Origin: an uncultured bacterium
GTDB lineage: Bacteria > Margulisbacteria > WOR-1 > CAVSGV01
Assembly (NCBI GenBank): GCA_963768305.1
Contig: CAVYHE010000007.1
Span: 32,001-96,000, forward strand
DNA: 64,000 nucleotides
Direction: 5' to 3'
Shown: positions 1 through 11,373 of the stretch, piece by piece
Numbering within the stretch: the stretch's first letter is position 1
How the letters are laid out: each line of letters opens with the position of its first letter
Translations under genes and position numbers: made by a program
Notes under the pieces: model-generated
What the model saw: only the letters and a program-made list of their open reading frames with translations
What the model was told of the DNA's origin: nothing
Databases searched by the model: none

Positions 1-667
1 CGTGGGAATTCTCCAGATAATAAGTGTTGTCCTTGAACCATTTAAAGGTGTTAATTTTGTTGAAAGAAACGCACGGCTGAAATATATCCACCAGCGCGAA
101 GCCCTTGTGCTGTATGGCTTTTTTTATTATCTCTTTAGTTTGCTCGATGTCTCCGCTGAAAGCGCGCGCCACAAAAGATGCGTCAAGCGCTATAGCCATC
201 GATATAGGATTAAAAGGCATCTCGGAAACGCCGTTCACCTGGACCGGCGTCCTGAATCCGCACTGGCTTGTGGGGGATGCCTGGCCTTTGGTAAGCCCAT
301 ATACCATATTATTATGTACTATGCAGTTTATGTCCGGGTTCCTTCTGATGGCATGGGTAAAATGATTTCCGCCCTCCCCGTACATGTCGCCGTCCCCGCC
401 CTCAGCAATGACCGTCAGGCCCGGATTTGCAGCTTTTATTGCGGTCGCGGGCGGAATCGCGCGCCCGTGAAGACCGTTAAAGAAATTGCATTTAAGATAA
501 TGCGGCGTCTTTCCCGCCTGCCCTATTCCCGAAGCAATCACCAGATCCTGCGGTTTTACTTTCAGTTCGGAAAGCGCTTCCTTGAGAGCGTTAAGTATCC
601 CGAAATTCCCGCATCCCGGGCACCATGCTGTTTCAATATTTTCGTTATTAAAATTTTCGACAGGCAT
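1..667 (-). CDS. korB: 2-oxoacid:ferredoxin oxidoreductase beta subunit (3' end runs off window)
   Basis: Own translation from ATG at 667: [28 protein letters not shown], with the WCPGCG motif and the TPP-binding GDG region; overlaps the upstream stop (TAATG). Absent from the ORF track because it is open at the edge. Confidence 0.9.
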   Translation of the reverse strand, partial: MPVENFNNENIETAWCPGCGNFGILNALKEALSELKVKPQDLVIASGIGQAGKTPHYLKCNFFNGLHGRAIPPATAIKAANPGLTVIAEGGDGDMYGEGGNHFTHAIRRNPDINCIVHNNMVYGLTKGQASPTSQCGFRTPVQVNGVSEMPFNPISMAIALDASFVARAFSGDIEQTKEIIKKAIQHKGFALVDIFQPCVSFNKINTFKWFKDNTYYLENSH

Positions 668-1209
668 TATTTTAAGGCAACCTCCAGATCCTTGATCATT
701 TTACCGTATTTTTCGTGTATAAGGTTCATGTCGAACCGCCGCATTTCATCAAGCATGTTATTTTTTTCTTCCGGCTGGAAATAATCCATCACGGGAATAA
801 AGAACCGCTTATCTTCTTTTTCAATATGCCGGGGATACAGGTCTATCAGCTTGTTCAATTGAACTTTTATGTCGCCCACCGCGCTTTTTGAACCCTTCAG
901 GTATTCGACCCTTGCTTTTACCAGCTTGCCTACGGTTTCACGCGCATAAACATGTTCTTTCATAAGTTCATCAAGGATTTTTCTGTGCTCCGGCTTGAGA
1001 TCTTTCTTTTCCAACGCCTTGAAAAGAATATCCTCTTCCTTGCCGTGATGGCAGCGGTCAGCATATGTCCTGAAAAAATCGACGATCGATAGGATAAATT
1101 CACAATCGGCCGAATTTTCTTTATCGATCCTTTTCAATTCTTTTTTCATAAGCGGCACCGCCCGCTCAATGAGCCTGTGTTCTATCATTAACGGTCCTAT
1201 AGGCATCAT
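667..1209 (-). CDS. Hemerythrin-like (HHE cation-binding) domain protein
   Basis: EH...[10 protein letters not shown]...EH...[10 protein letters not shown]: paired HxxxE motifs. Confidence 0.9.
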   Translation of the reverse strand: MMPIGPLMIEHRLIERAVPLMKKELKRIDKENSADCEFILSIVDFFRTYADRCHHGKEEDILFKALEKKDLKPEHRKILDELMKEHVYARETVGKLVKARVEYLKGSKSAVGDIKVQLNKLIDLYPRHIEKEDKRFFIPVMDYFQPEEKNNMLDEMRRFDMNLIHEKYGKMIKDLEVALK

Positions 1210-1215
1210 GTTTAT

Positions 1216-2930
1216 TTAACTCCCCAGTACTTCTCCCACGCTGTTGACGATATCTTCCACAGAAAAAGGAAGCCCGTTGAATTCATGGATCCTGTCCTTT
1301 ATCTGGAAGCCGGTGAGCAAGTCTATAAGATCGGCAAATTGCGTAGTCGCGTTATTTTCTATGGCTATCACTTTAACGGCTTTTTTTAAGTTGTTAAGGG
1401 TTTTCGAATGCAGCGGATATACCTGGCTGAAATGAAGGAAAGAGATATCCTTCCTGTCCATCTGCGCCAGCGCTTCCTTTATGATCTCGCGCGTGGAACC
1501 CCATCCCACAAGAAGGATCTTGTAATTCTCGCTTCCGATAAGAGTCGGTTCAAGCGCGTCATTTTGGATAAGTTCAAGTTTTTTCAGCCTTTTATCCACC
1601 ATTTTGTGGCGAAGCAAAAGGTCCTCGGTAATGTGCCCCTCTTCATCATGTTCGTCGCTGTCCACCGCCACCAGACCGCTTCCGAACCCCGGGACGCCTC
1701 TCGGTGATACGCCGTTATCCGAAAGAGAATAACGTTTGTATCCGCTGTCAGTTTGAACGATCTGTTTTTCGACCTTGACCTTGCTCAGATCAAAAGGCGG
1801 GACATTGTGATCCGAATCTATAAGATACTGGTCCGTCAGGATGAAGACCGGCGACTGGCATTTATCGGCAAGATCGAAGGCTTTCTGCGTCAGATAAAAA
1901 GCTTCCTCGATGTTGCCGGGAGCGAATATCGCCCGAGGAAATTCGCCATGCCCCGCGCGAAGGACAAAATTAAGCTCAGCCCTGTTCTGTTCGGGTGGGT
2001 AGTCCCGTCGCGGGCCCCGGCCTTTGCGCAAGGTGAATTACAACCGGCATCTCCAGCATTCCCGCCAGGCTCAAGCCTTCCACCATAAGCGCGAACCCTC
2101 CGCCCGAAGTGGAAACCAGAGCGCGCGCTCCGGCATACCACGCGCCGAGCGCCATGTTCATCGCGGAGATCTCGTCCTCCGCCTGCTCAGCGACTATGCC
2201 GAATTCCTTGGCGTATTTGGACAAGAATATCAGGACCTCTGTTGACGGCGACATTGGATAAGCGGAAATGAAATTACATCCTCCTGCGATCGCGCCCATT
2301 GCGACAGCATCGGCTCCGTTCAGGATCATGTGTGACTTGATATTGCTGTTCTTGCCGATATCGACCTTGATCATTGCCCGAATCAAGAAGTTCCTTGCCC
2401 GCGGCATATCCGTTCTTCGCGGCGGCAATGTTCTCCTGGATTATTTTTTCGCCTTTGGTCGAAAAGAATTTGCTCAGATATTCAGAGATGACCTCTAGAT
2501 CGACCGATAATAACCCGCAAACCGCTCCCACTGCGGCGATGTTCGTATATAATTTATTGCCGGCCTGCTCCGCCAGAGTTGAATAAGGAACATTCACTAT
2601 CTGGCACGAACCCTGTTCGCATTTTTCGTCGATATTGGCCGCCTCGCCCATTATCACAGTATCCGTGGTTATCCTGGATGAAAGATGTTTTGTCCTGCCT
2701 TTATCAAGAGGGATCAGGATGTCTATTTTATTTGCGTAAGCTGAAATCGGTTCCGAGGAAACCCTGATAGAAGTGGAATTAACTCCGCCCCTGACGCGTG
2801 ACATGTATTCTTCCGTTGCGAATACATTATATCCATCCTGCTTCAGGATGCCGGTAAGGACCATCTCCACGGTTTTCAGGCCCTGGCCGGCTTCACCGCA
2901 TAATACAACCGAAAGATCGTTCTTCATCAT
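1216..2930 (-). CDS. korA: 2-oxoacid:ferredoxin oxidoreductase alpha subunit (gamma-alpha fusion), split by 2 indels
   Basis: Three overlapping ORFs: GEAGQG/RGG (2274..2930), [40 protein letters not shown] (1976..2428), GHGEFPR/DEHDEEG/GWGST (1216..2031). Confidence 0.9.
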
Positions 2931-2946
2931 GAAGTCCGAGAGAGCA

Positions 2947-3342
2947 TTAAGCTATATCTATCTTTTTTGAGTTCTGCCACAAGCCGTGGATATTGCAATA
3001 ACTGGAAGCAAAGATCGTGCCGGATTTGTCCGTCTTGAAGCTCAAGACAGTTTCGGGATGCGAATAGACCGTGCTTGTGTCAGGTCCCGTAGCGGAAGCG
3101 CCGTGAGAAGTGAATTCCGCCCTTCCGATCTGGTAAGGGAATTTTTCACCGTCGGGCAGAAAATAAACTTCCACCCAGCTTATGTGATGCTTTGTTTCGT
3201 TCGGATGCGGGATCTCCTTGCCGATCGTGACTTTCACTTGAATGAATTGCCCTTTTTTCGCGGATCCGGGTGCATCGATCACCGGCACATGTTTTTCTTT
3301 TTTCCAATCAGCGTTCTGGAACAGGTCATTTAATTCGGCCAT
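2947..3342 (-). CDS. sor: Superoxide reductase (1Fe neelaredoxin type)
   Basis: EKHVP, HPNETKHHISW and YCNIHGLW ligand motifs. Confidence 0.93.
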   Translation of the reverse strand: MAELNDLFQNADWKKEKHVPVIDAPGSAKKGQFIQVKVTIGKEIPHPNETKHHISWVEVYFLPDGEKFPYQIGRAEFTSHGASATGPDTSTVYSHPETVLSFKTDKSGTIFASSYCNIHGLWQNSKKIDIA

Positions 3343-3355
3343 TTTAAATTACCTC

Positions 3356-3514
3356 CTATATTTTTTCGAACTGGTCTTTTTCCGCGCCGCAAACGGGACA
3401 AACCCACTCCTCAGGCAGATCTTCGAAAGGCGTGTCCGGTTTCACATCCTGGTCCGGATCGCCCTTTACCGGGTCGTAAATATAATCGCACACTTTGCAT
3501 TTGTATTTTTGCAT
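3356..3514 (-). CDS. Rubredoxin
   Basis: [10 protein letters not shown]...[14 protein letters not shown] upstream of ATG 3514. Confidence 0.95.
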   Translation of the reverse strand: MQKYKCKVCDYIYDPVKGDPDQDVKPDTPFEDLPEEWVCPVCGAEKDQFEKI

Positions 3515-3554
3515 TTCCACTCTCCTCTCAATAATGCTCAATTATGAGGATAAA

Positions 3555-3582
3555 AGTATAATATGATGAATATTGATGTCAA
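3555..3582 (-). promoter_or_regulatory. sigma70-type promoter of the rubredoxin-sor-kor operon
   Basis: TTGACA-N16-TATACT on the minus strand. Confidence 0.65.
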
Positions 3583-3633
3583 GGTTTAGTTGTTTGCTTG
3601 TACCGCTCTTGATATAATCCCAATCTCTCGAAC

Positions 3634-4635
3634 ATGCGGAGGCGAATTTATTTGAACAATAACAAGTTTGTCATTATTTTGATATTATCTTTGATCTTAT
3701 TATCGTTGGGGGTGACGGCAATGGGAGGAAAAATAAAGATATTCGATATCAGGCAGAACAAGATCATTGAGGTTGAAAAAGTAATAAAATCCGATGCTGA
3801 ATGGAAAAAGATCCTTCCTCCGGAAGTATACGATATCACGGAAAAGCAAGGAACTGAGAGCCCATACAGCTGCGCATTGAACGAGAACAAGGGAGAAGGA
3901 ATTTATGAATGCTTCCGCTGCGGAACGGATCTCTTCGTCTCAAGAACAAAATTCGAGTCCGGCACCGGCTGGCCCAGTTTCTTTGAGCCGGTATCGGAGC
4001 TGAATATAACCGAAAAAAATGACATGAGCCTGGGAATGGCCAGGACCGAAGTGTTATGCGCCAGATGCGGCGCGCATCTGGGCCATGTTTTCAATGACGG
4101 CCCCGCCCCTACCGGAAAAAGATACTGCATCAACGGGGTCGCGTTGAAATTCGTTCCGTTCAAATTCGCGAGGACCGAGAAAGCCAGCTTCGCCGCGGGC
4201 TGTTTCTGGCACGTGCAGGAAGTTTTTGACAAGACAAAGGGCGTGGTAAGCACAATGGTCGGTTATTCCGGCGGAAAAATGAAGAACCCAACCTATGAAA
4301 AGGTATGCACTCTGGATACGGGACATGCCGAGACAGTGCTTGTCGAGTATGACCCGAGCATAATAAGCTATGACAAGCTTCTGGATGTTTTCTGGAACCT
4401 TCACGATCCCACGCAGGTCGGAGGGCAGGGAGTGGACATAGGCGACCAGTACAGGTCGATAATCTTTTACCACGATGACGCGCAGAAAGAGGCCGCGTTA
4501 AGGTCCAAAGCCAAGCTTGAGGCGTCGGGAAGGTTCAAGAAACATATCGCCACACAGATAATCCCGTCAAAGGAATTCTACAAGGCCGAAGAGTATCATC
4601 AGAAATATTTCGAGAAACAGAAAAAAGTTCAATGA
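3634..4635 (+). CDS. msrAB: Methionine sulfoxide reductase MsrB-MsrA fusion with N-terminal signal/anchor
   Basis: Msr[24 protein letters not shown] followed by Msr[22 protein letters not shown]; hydrophobic N-terminus. Confidence 0.93.
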   Translation: MRRRIYLNNNKFVIILILSLILLSLGVTAMGGKIKIFDIRQNKIIEVEKVIKSDAEWKKILPPEVYDITEKQGTESPYSCALNENKGEGIYECFRCGTDLFVSRTKFESGTGWPSFFEPVSELNITEKNDMSLGMARTEVLCARCGAHLGHVFNDGPAPTGKRYCINGVALKFVPFKFARTEKASFAAGCFWHVQEVFDKTKGVVSTMVGYSGGKMKNPTYEKVCTLDTGHAETVLVEYDPSIISYDKLLDVFWNLHDPTQVGGQGVDIGDQYRSIIFYHDDAQKEAALRSKAKLEASGRFKKHIATQIIPSKEFYKAEEYHQKYFEKQKKVQ

Positions 4636-4707
4636 ATATTGGGGAGTAGCGAAGCGTTGAGGGGCTTGCCCCTCAAAATAACGAAAGTTGAAGAGGAGGT
4701 GTAAATA

Positions 4708-4869
4708 ATGTTTTTATGGATCAAACTATTCGGGATGCTGACATTTATCTTCCTGCTGGCGACAATGAGCGCCGGAATGATGAAAGCGCCGTTGAAAGTC
4801 CATAGGACCCTGGCGTTCTTAACGATCATATTTGCATTGGTGCATATCGGGTTGCAAATTTTAAGATAA
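4708..4869 (+). CDS. 53-aa two-helix membrane protein with H-x13-H motif
   Basis: Own translation MFLWIKLFGMLTFIFLLATMSAGMMKAPLKVHRTLAFLTIIFALVHIGLQILR; strong SD GAGGAGGT. Confidence 0.75.
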   Translation: MFLWIKLFGMLTFIFLLATMSAGMMKAPLKVHRTLAFLTIIFALVHIGLQILR

Positions 4870-4913
4870 AAACTTTTTGATGGCGGAAGATGAAAGCGCT
4901 GTTGCCGCGATCC

Positions 4914-5521
4914 TTACCCGAGCATGATCGGCCGCATGAAAATGACTTTTTCCTTTTTTGGTCCTTTGGTGTTTAACAATTTCGGCCGGAACGTCATTTT
5001 CAGCACCTGCACGATCTGATCATATAAAAATAAGGAAGGGAGATCCACATTGATCGGACCCATGAAAGGAACTTTGGATCTTTCTATCATTCCATTAACT
5101 GTAGACCTAACCGTCATGATCAAACACAATCCATTGCCCGACCTTATCATTCCGTGCCATCCCTTGATAGCCGGCATGATCATAAGGATCCGTTAGGGAT
5201 CATGACGCAAAAACTTCATTAAATTGAACGAGGCACACTTGAAGGTGCAGGGCTTCTCATGCCTTTTGACCATGCAAATGACCAGTCATTGATATGGTTC
5301 AACGATCTGTACAACGCTTGCTTCGGAAGATGCGCTTTCGCGTCGATCTCAATGCGGGAAGGGTATTTATCGATAATGTTCCTCATGTGTTCATTATTGA
5401 TTAACAGGAGATTCTTTTTTGTCAAAGGGCTGAAATCGCTCTTTTTTAATATCCTGACTTCCGGGAATATCCTGGCCCCGGAAAAATGCGGACTATCCGC
5501 TAATCTGAAAAAATACGGCAT
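4914..5521 (-). CDS. Orphan protein, paralogue of 5534..6124, interrupted near 5190-5240
   Basis: Shares FSPLTxKNLxLINNE, DKxYPSRI and (I/V)DLPSL with its neighbour; track ORFs 5219..5521 and 4914..5183. Confidence 0.65.
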
Positions 5522-5533
5522 TGTTACTCCTTT

Positions 5534-6124
5534 TTAAATGAATTCGTGGACCATTCCTGATGCAAAGCTTGGTGTGGGCGCTGACCCAATATCGAAAAAA
5601 TACGGGAGATAGCGCATCATAGCGGGGAAGGACGGCTTGATCTCTTCGGCGTAATATAATGACGGCAAGTCAATCCTCATTGTGTCATTTAATTGTCCAT
5701 TCAGCCTCTTTCGGGTAATATTCAGGTTCAATGAATCGCCGGAACTGATCGTCTCAGCCCTTCGCGTTACCCAGATCTCAAATGACACTGATGTCCCGGC
5801 CTGTTTTAAAAAACTCCCCAGGGAGGTCATCGCATATTCAAAACTCATTGGCGAATCACTATTTTCAAACCACACATTAGTAGAGTTGTTCACCTGCTTC
5901 AGCGACGCGATCAGTTGATCGGTCGGGACGAACACGTGCCGGCTGATATCTATTCGGGAAGGATAATGCTTATCCAGGATATTTATCCAGCTTTCATTAT
6001 TGATAAGCCGCAGGTTTTTCCTCGTCAAAGGGCTGAATTTCTTCGCCGGGACTTTATTTCCCGCCGGGAAAAAAGTTCCGAGTTTTGGTGATATTCGATC
6101 TGTTACCCTCAAATAATGGGCCAT
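5534..6124 (-). CDS. Orphan protein (196 aa)
   Basis: Intact ORF, AGGAGG SD, sigma28-like motif upstream, tandem paralogue downstream. Confidence 0.75.
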   Translation of the reverse strand: MAHYLRVTDRISPKLGTFFPAGNKVPAKKFSPLTRKNLRLINNESWINILDKHYPSRIDISRHVFVPTDQLIASLKQVNNSTNVWFENSDSPMSFEYAMTSLGSFLKQAGTSVSFEIWVTRRAETISSGDSLNLNITRKRLNGQLNDTMRIDLPSLYYAEEIKPSFPAMMRYLPYFFDIGSAPTPSFASGMVHEFI

Positions 6125-6141
6125 AGAACCTCCTACTATAT

Positions 6142-6170
6142 ATATCGATAAAATCAGAGAGGAATTTCAG
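6142..6170 (-). promoter_or_regulatory. sigma28-like promoter, copy 1
   Basis: cTGAAA-ttcctctctgatttt(15)-ATCGATAT. Confidence 0.65.
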
Positions 6171-6217
6171 GGAAAAACGGAAAGACACAGTTGTTCAGGA
6201 AGTGATATAATATCCCT

Positions 6218-6589
6218 GTGTTGAAAACAACTTCAATATCTTTGATTTTCTTTCTGGTCATAAGCGCGGCGGCATTCAGCTGCTGCATAGAAAAGAACAT
6301 TTGCGGCAATACAATTTCATACGATTGCTGCAGCCAGCCTAAAGCCGAAATACATGCTCCCTGCCTCTGCGAACAGACAATAGCCAATCCATCGGCGCAA
6401 AGTTTTGGGATTAAATTTATTTCCGAACTGTCATTGTTTGTTGCGACCGCGCCAAGTGTTCTGGTGGTCAAAAAGGAAACTTCAATATTCGCCCGGTTTA
6501 ACGGACATGAACGCGACCCCGTCCTTGTATCAAAGATAAATAAAGACCTATTCTGCCGCCAATTCATATCAAGAAAAGATTTTGTCTGA
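6218..6589 (+). CDS. Cys-rich exported hypothetical protein
   Basis: Signal-like N-terminus, then CC, C, CC, CxC; TGA-TATAAT 6 nt before GTG. Confidence 0.55.
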   Translation: MLKTTSISLIFFLVISAAAFSCCIEKNICGNTISYDCCSQPKAEIHAPCLCEQTIANPSAQSFGIKFISELSLFVATAPSVLVVKKETSIFARFNGHERDPVLVSKINKDLFCRQFISRKDFV

Positions 6590-6647
6590 AACAGACGTTC
6601 CCTCGTGTTTTGATTCTTATTCCAATTAAAAGAAGGAGTGTGTCTTT

Positions 6648-6797
6648 ATGAAAAATATAATTATGGTAATTGTGTTGTTAGCGGGTCTTGTTCTGGTCCC
6701 GGTATTCGTTTTTGCCGACGCAAAAGCGGGATCCACAAGCTGCTGCAAGTTGAATAATGCGGCTTGCTGTTCAGAAACGGCGGCTTGCTGCAAGTAG
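6648..6797 (+). CDS. 49-aa secreted peptide with three Cys-Cys pairs
   Basis: Own translation MKNIIMVIVLLAGLVLVPVFVFA-DAKAGSTSCCKLNNAACCSETAACCK; AAGGAG SD; terminator follows. Confidence 0.75.
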   Translation: MKNIIMVIVLLAGLVLVPVFVFADAKAGSTSCCKLNNAACCSETAACCK

Positions 6798-6816
6798 AGT
6801 AAGTTTCGGAGTATTC

Positions 6817-6853
6817 AAGGCCCCTTCTCCCCTGCGGGAGGGGGCCTTTTTTT
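6817..6853 (+). terminator. Rho-independent terminator
   Basis: AAGGCCCC-tt-CTCCC ctgc GGGAG-GGGGCCTT followed by a T tract. Confidence 0.85.
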
Positions 6854-6955
6854 ATACAAAAAAACTATGTTTAAATTTTAAGCAGTGTCATCATAAAATC
6901 ATTTAATATTTTTTCCGAGGGAGTATAATAAATTTATCAGTAAAAGGAGTAAAAA

Positions 6956-7039
6956 ATGGGTTTTAAGATAACAGGGATCATAGCGGTAATTATGCTCATC
7001 TATTTAACTTATGCGATGTTTAATCCGGAAAAGTTTTAA
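6956..7039 (+). CDS. kdpF: K+-transporting ATPase subunit F
   Basis: Own translation MGFKITGIIAVIMLIYLTYAMFNPEKF (YAxxxPEKF), directly before kdpA. Confidence 0.85.
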   Translation: MGFKITGIIAVIMLIYLTYAMFNPEKF

Positions 7040-7041
7040 AC

Positions 7042-8738
7042 ATGAAAACTCTCGATTTCCTGCAGGTCTTGATCTATCTTTTCGCCATCATCATTTTCAC
7101 TCCGATGCTCGGCTCGTACATGGCCGCGGTTTTTGAAGGCAGAAAAACTTTAGCGCGGCAACTGCTCGGCTGGCTTGAGAAAGCCGTTTACAGATCTTCC
7201 GGGATCGATGAGAACGAAGAGCATGGATTTTATAGGATACTCAAAAGCCCTGATATATTTCAATCTTTTCGGATTTATTTTCCTTTTTGCCCTTCAGATG
7301 TTCCAGCATCATCTGCCGCTGAATCCTTATCATCTGCCCGGCGTAAAATGGGACCTGGCGTTCAATACCGCCGTCAGTTTTGTCACGAACACGAACTGGC
7401 AGGCGTATTCCGGGGAAGTCACTCTCAGTTATCTTACTCAGATGCTGGGACTGACGGTCCAGAATTTCCTGAGCGCGGCCACCGGAATAGCTGTATTCCT
7501 CGCTTTCACAAGAGGCTTGATGAACAGATCGGCCTCATCGCTCGGAAATTTCTGGGTTGACTGCGTTCGCTCGCTCGTCTATGTCCTTATACCTTTGGCG
7601 ATAATATTATCTCTACTGCTCGCCGGACAGGGAGTTGTCCAGACATTCGCCCCCTACAAAGAAATAACCACTCTCCAGGGCGCGAAACAGGTATTACCTC
7701 TTGGCCCCGCGGCTTCGCAGATCGCGATAAAACAGCTTGGAACTAATGGCGGAGGATTTTTCGGCGCGAACAGCGCTCATCCTTTTGAGAACCCGACCCC
7801 GTTCTCGAATTTTCTTCGAGATGCTGTCGATCCTTCTGATACCCGCCGCCCTTACATATACATACGGCGCGATGGTGCAAGAACAAAAAGCACGGCTGGC
7901 TACTTTTCACGGTCATGCTTCTTGTTTTCGCGGGCGGGCTGGCGCTTTCGCTCTGGTCGGAATATTCAAGCGCCCATGTTCCAGGTCGTGACCGCGCTCG
8001 AAGGACAGGAGGTCAGGTTCGGGGTCACGAACAGCGTCATCTGGTCCATGGCAACAACGGTAGCCTCGAACGGCTCCGTGAATGCGATGGTATCTTCGCT
8101 CTCCCCCATCGCCGGCGGAGTTGCGCTCTTTAACATGATGCTGGGCGAGATAATTTTCGGCGGAGTCGGATCGGGAATGTACGGGATGCTGCTTCACGTC
8201 ATGCTGACCGTTTTTCTTGCGGGATTGATGGTGGGCAGGACGCCGGAATATCTTGGCAAAAAGATCGAAGGGAACGAGATAAAGATGGTGATACTTGGGA
8301 TAGTCCTGCCGTCGGTTTTTGTGCTTGTGGGAGCGGCGGTCTCGTGCGTTCTTCCGGTCGCGCTCTCAAGTTTGGGCAACAATGGCCCGCACGGCCTGAG
8401 CGAAATACTCTATGCTTTCACCTCCGCATCGAACAACAACGGCAGCGCTTTTGCAGGGCTTAATGTTAACACCGTTTATTACAATCTTTTCCTGGGGCTG
8501 GCAATGATCGTCGGCAGGTTCGGCGTGATAATCCCCTGCATGGTCATTGCCGGAAGCATGGCGGTAAAAAAGATCTCTCCGGTCATCGGCCGGAACATTT
8601 TCAACTGACAACACACTTTTTGCCGTTCTTCTCATCGGCGATATTTATTATAGTAGGCGCTCTTACTTTCCTGCCGGCGCTTTGTCTCTGGGCCCGATCA
8701 TTGAGCATCTTCTTATGCTGAAAGGATACGTATTCTAA
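7042..8738 (+). CDS. kdpA: K+-transporting ATPase subunit A (several indels)
   Basis: FNTAVSFVTNTNWQAYSGE, KQLGTNGGGFF, GGVGSG, GRTPEYLGKKI, SNNNGSAF distributed over several frames. Confidence 0.93.
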
Positions 8739-10811
8739 TGGCCGTCAAAGTCGGGAATTGACGAAAGGAAATTGATGATCGGGGCGGTCATCGGCTCATT
8801 CAAAAAGCTGCATCCGCAGCGAAGAGATGACGGAATCCGGTTATGTTCCTTACATATATAGGCGCGTTCGTGACAACTGCTTATTCCCTTCATTCGATAT
8901 TCAATCTCGTGATAAGCGTCTGGCTGTGGTTCACCGTGCTTTTCGCCAATTTCGCGGAAGCTCTGGCTGAAGGAAGAGGAAAAGCGCAGGCGGATTCGCT
9001 TAAGAGGACAAGGTCGGAGCTTTACTGCCAGGCTCCTGAAGGACGGAAAAGAAACAAAAGTTCCCGCAAGCAATTTAAGAAAAGGCGACGTCGTGGTATG
9101 CGAAACCGGCGATATCATCCCGTGCGACGGAGAGGTCATTGAAGGCGTCGCCAGCGTTGATGAATCCGCGATCACGGGAGAGTCGGCGCCGGTCATAAGG
9201 GAATCCGGCGGCGACAGGAGCGCTGTCACCGGCGGAACAAAAGTGATAAGCGACAGGATCATGATACAGCGTGACCGTCGAATCCCGGCGATACTTTCCT
9301 GGATAGGATAATACATCTGATAGAAGGCGCCAAGCGCCAGAAAACCCCGAATGAGATAGCTCTCAGTATTGTCCTTTCCGGGCTTTCGATAATTTTTCTT
9401 CTCGCGGTCATGTCGCTGAAATTTTTCGCCGATTACAGCGGAGCGGTCGCGGAACAGGACCTGTCGCATATCGTCACGGTGCCGGTCCTTGTCGCGCTTC
9501 TTGTCTGCCTCATTCCCACTACGATCGGCGGCCTCCTGAGCGCGATCGGCATCGCGGGAATGGACAGGCTGATAGCCGCCATATCATCGCGAAGAGCGGA
9601 AGGGCGATCGAAGCGGCGGGAGACATCGACGTGCTTCTTCTTGATAAGACCGGCACGATCACGATAGGCAACCGCATGGCATCCGAATTTATTCCGGCGA
9701 AAGTGGATCACTGAAGCAGGAATTCGCCGACATCGCCCAGCTTTCTTCCCTGGCCGATGAAACACCCGAAGGAAGATCGATCGTAGTCCTTGCGAAAGAA
9801 AAATACGGATTAAGGGCGCGGGAGCTGCGGCCTCACGAAGCGAAATTCATCCCGTTCTCCGCGAATACCCAGATGAGCGGTGTTGATTTTTTGAGCGATA
9901 CAGGCGGGATAGTCCGCTCGATCAGGAAAGGTTCGGTGGAAGCGATAACAAAAATACGCCGGTAAATTTCCCGAAAGAGCTGGAATCGTGCCGTAAAAAT
10001 GATATCTTCCAGCGGCGGAACTCCTCTCGCGGTGGCGGAAGGCGGGAAGGTCATCGGCGTGATCCATCTCAAAGATATCATTAAAGGCGGGATCAAGGAA
10101 AGGTTCAAGGAACTGCGCTCGATGGGGATAAGAACGGTAATGATAACCGGCGACAATCCGCTCACAGCGGCGGCGATAGCCGCGGAAGCCGGAGTTGATG
10201 ACTTCATCGCGCAGGCGACGCCGGAATCAAAAATGAAGCGCATCAAAGGACGAGCAGGCGAGCGGACATCTGGTGGCGATGACCGGCGACGGGACAAATG
10301 ACGCCCCTGCCCTCGCGCAGGCGGATGTGGGAGTGACGATGAACACAGGGACGCAGGCCGCAAGGGAAGCCGGCAACATGGTGGACCTTGAGAGCAACCC
10401 GACAAAACTGATAGAGATCGTCTCCATCGGCAAGCAGCTTCTCATCACCAGGGGCGCGCTGACGACTTTCAGCATCGCGAATGACGTGGCAAAATATTTC
10501 GCCATAATTCCCGCGATATTCGGGACGCTTTACGCGTCGGGAAACAATTTGAACGGTCCGCTTTCCGTGTTCAATGTCATGCGACTTGAATTCTCCTCAG
10601 AGCGCGATACTGAGCGCGGTAATATTCAACGCGCTGATAATCGTGATGCTTATACCCCTTGCCCTTCGCGGCGTATCGTACAGGAACGAGAATGCCGCAT
10701 CTCTGCTTGAAGCGAAATCTTCAGATCTACGGGCTCGGAGGATTGATAGCTCCGTTCATAGGCATAAAGATGATCGATATGCTGCTGTTCTTGATAAAGG
10801 CGAAATTCTGA
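8738..10811 (+). CDS. kdpB: K+-transporting ATPase subunit B (several indels)
   Basis: [59 protein letters not shown] across frames. Confidence 0.93.
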
Positions 10812-11373
10812 TGAAACATCTTATCAATGCGCTGAAATTATTCGTTGTGCTTTCGGTCCTGACCGGGATCATTTATCCGGCTTTGATAACAGGGATAGCG
10901 CAAGCTGCTTTCAACAGACAGGCGAACGGCGATGAATATCTGATAGCGCAGAAATTCGATCAAGGCCAAATATTTCTGGTCGCGGCCTTCCGCAGCTGAT
11001 TATTCAACTCTGCCCTCTGGAGCAAGCAATCTCTCCGCGACCAGCAAGGACTTGAAGGATCAGGATCGCCAAAACAAAAGCGATGATACTGGCTTCCGAC
11101 CGGTCAAAAAAAGAAAAAGATATCCCTTCCGACATGCTGTACGCTTCCGGAAGCGGGATCGATCCGCACATCAGTCCGGATTCCGCCGTTTTTCAGGCGG
11201 ACCGCGTGGCAAAGGCGAGAAAACTGGACAGGAAGATCGTGCTTGATATGATATCCAGAGTCAGGGAGAACAGGCAATTCGATATTTTCGGCGACAGGCG
11301 GGTCAATGTATTGAAATTGAATCTTCTTTTGGACAATTATTCGAATAAAAAGGATAAAATAGATAGCACATGA
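10811..11373 (+). CDS. kdpC: K+-transporting ATPase subunit C (indels)
   Basis: [15 protein letters not shown]...[27 protein letters not shown]. Confidence 0.9.

Noticed and set aside
2..784. 260-aa plus-strand ORF and the many similar antisense ORFs in the track
   Set aside because: Shadows of well-supported genes on the opposite strand, with no motifs of their own.
4657..4676. Hairpin TTGAGGGG-cttg-CCCCTCAA as a REP family or terminator
   Set aside because: Single copy in this window and no T tract on the sense strand; function cannot be supported.
6854..6955. c-di-AMP (ydaO) riboswitch before kdpF
   Set aside because: The region is short, AT-rich and lacks the conserved paired elements.
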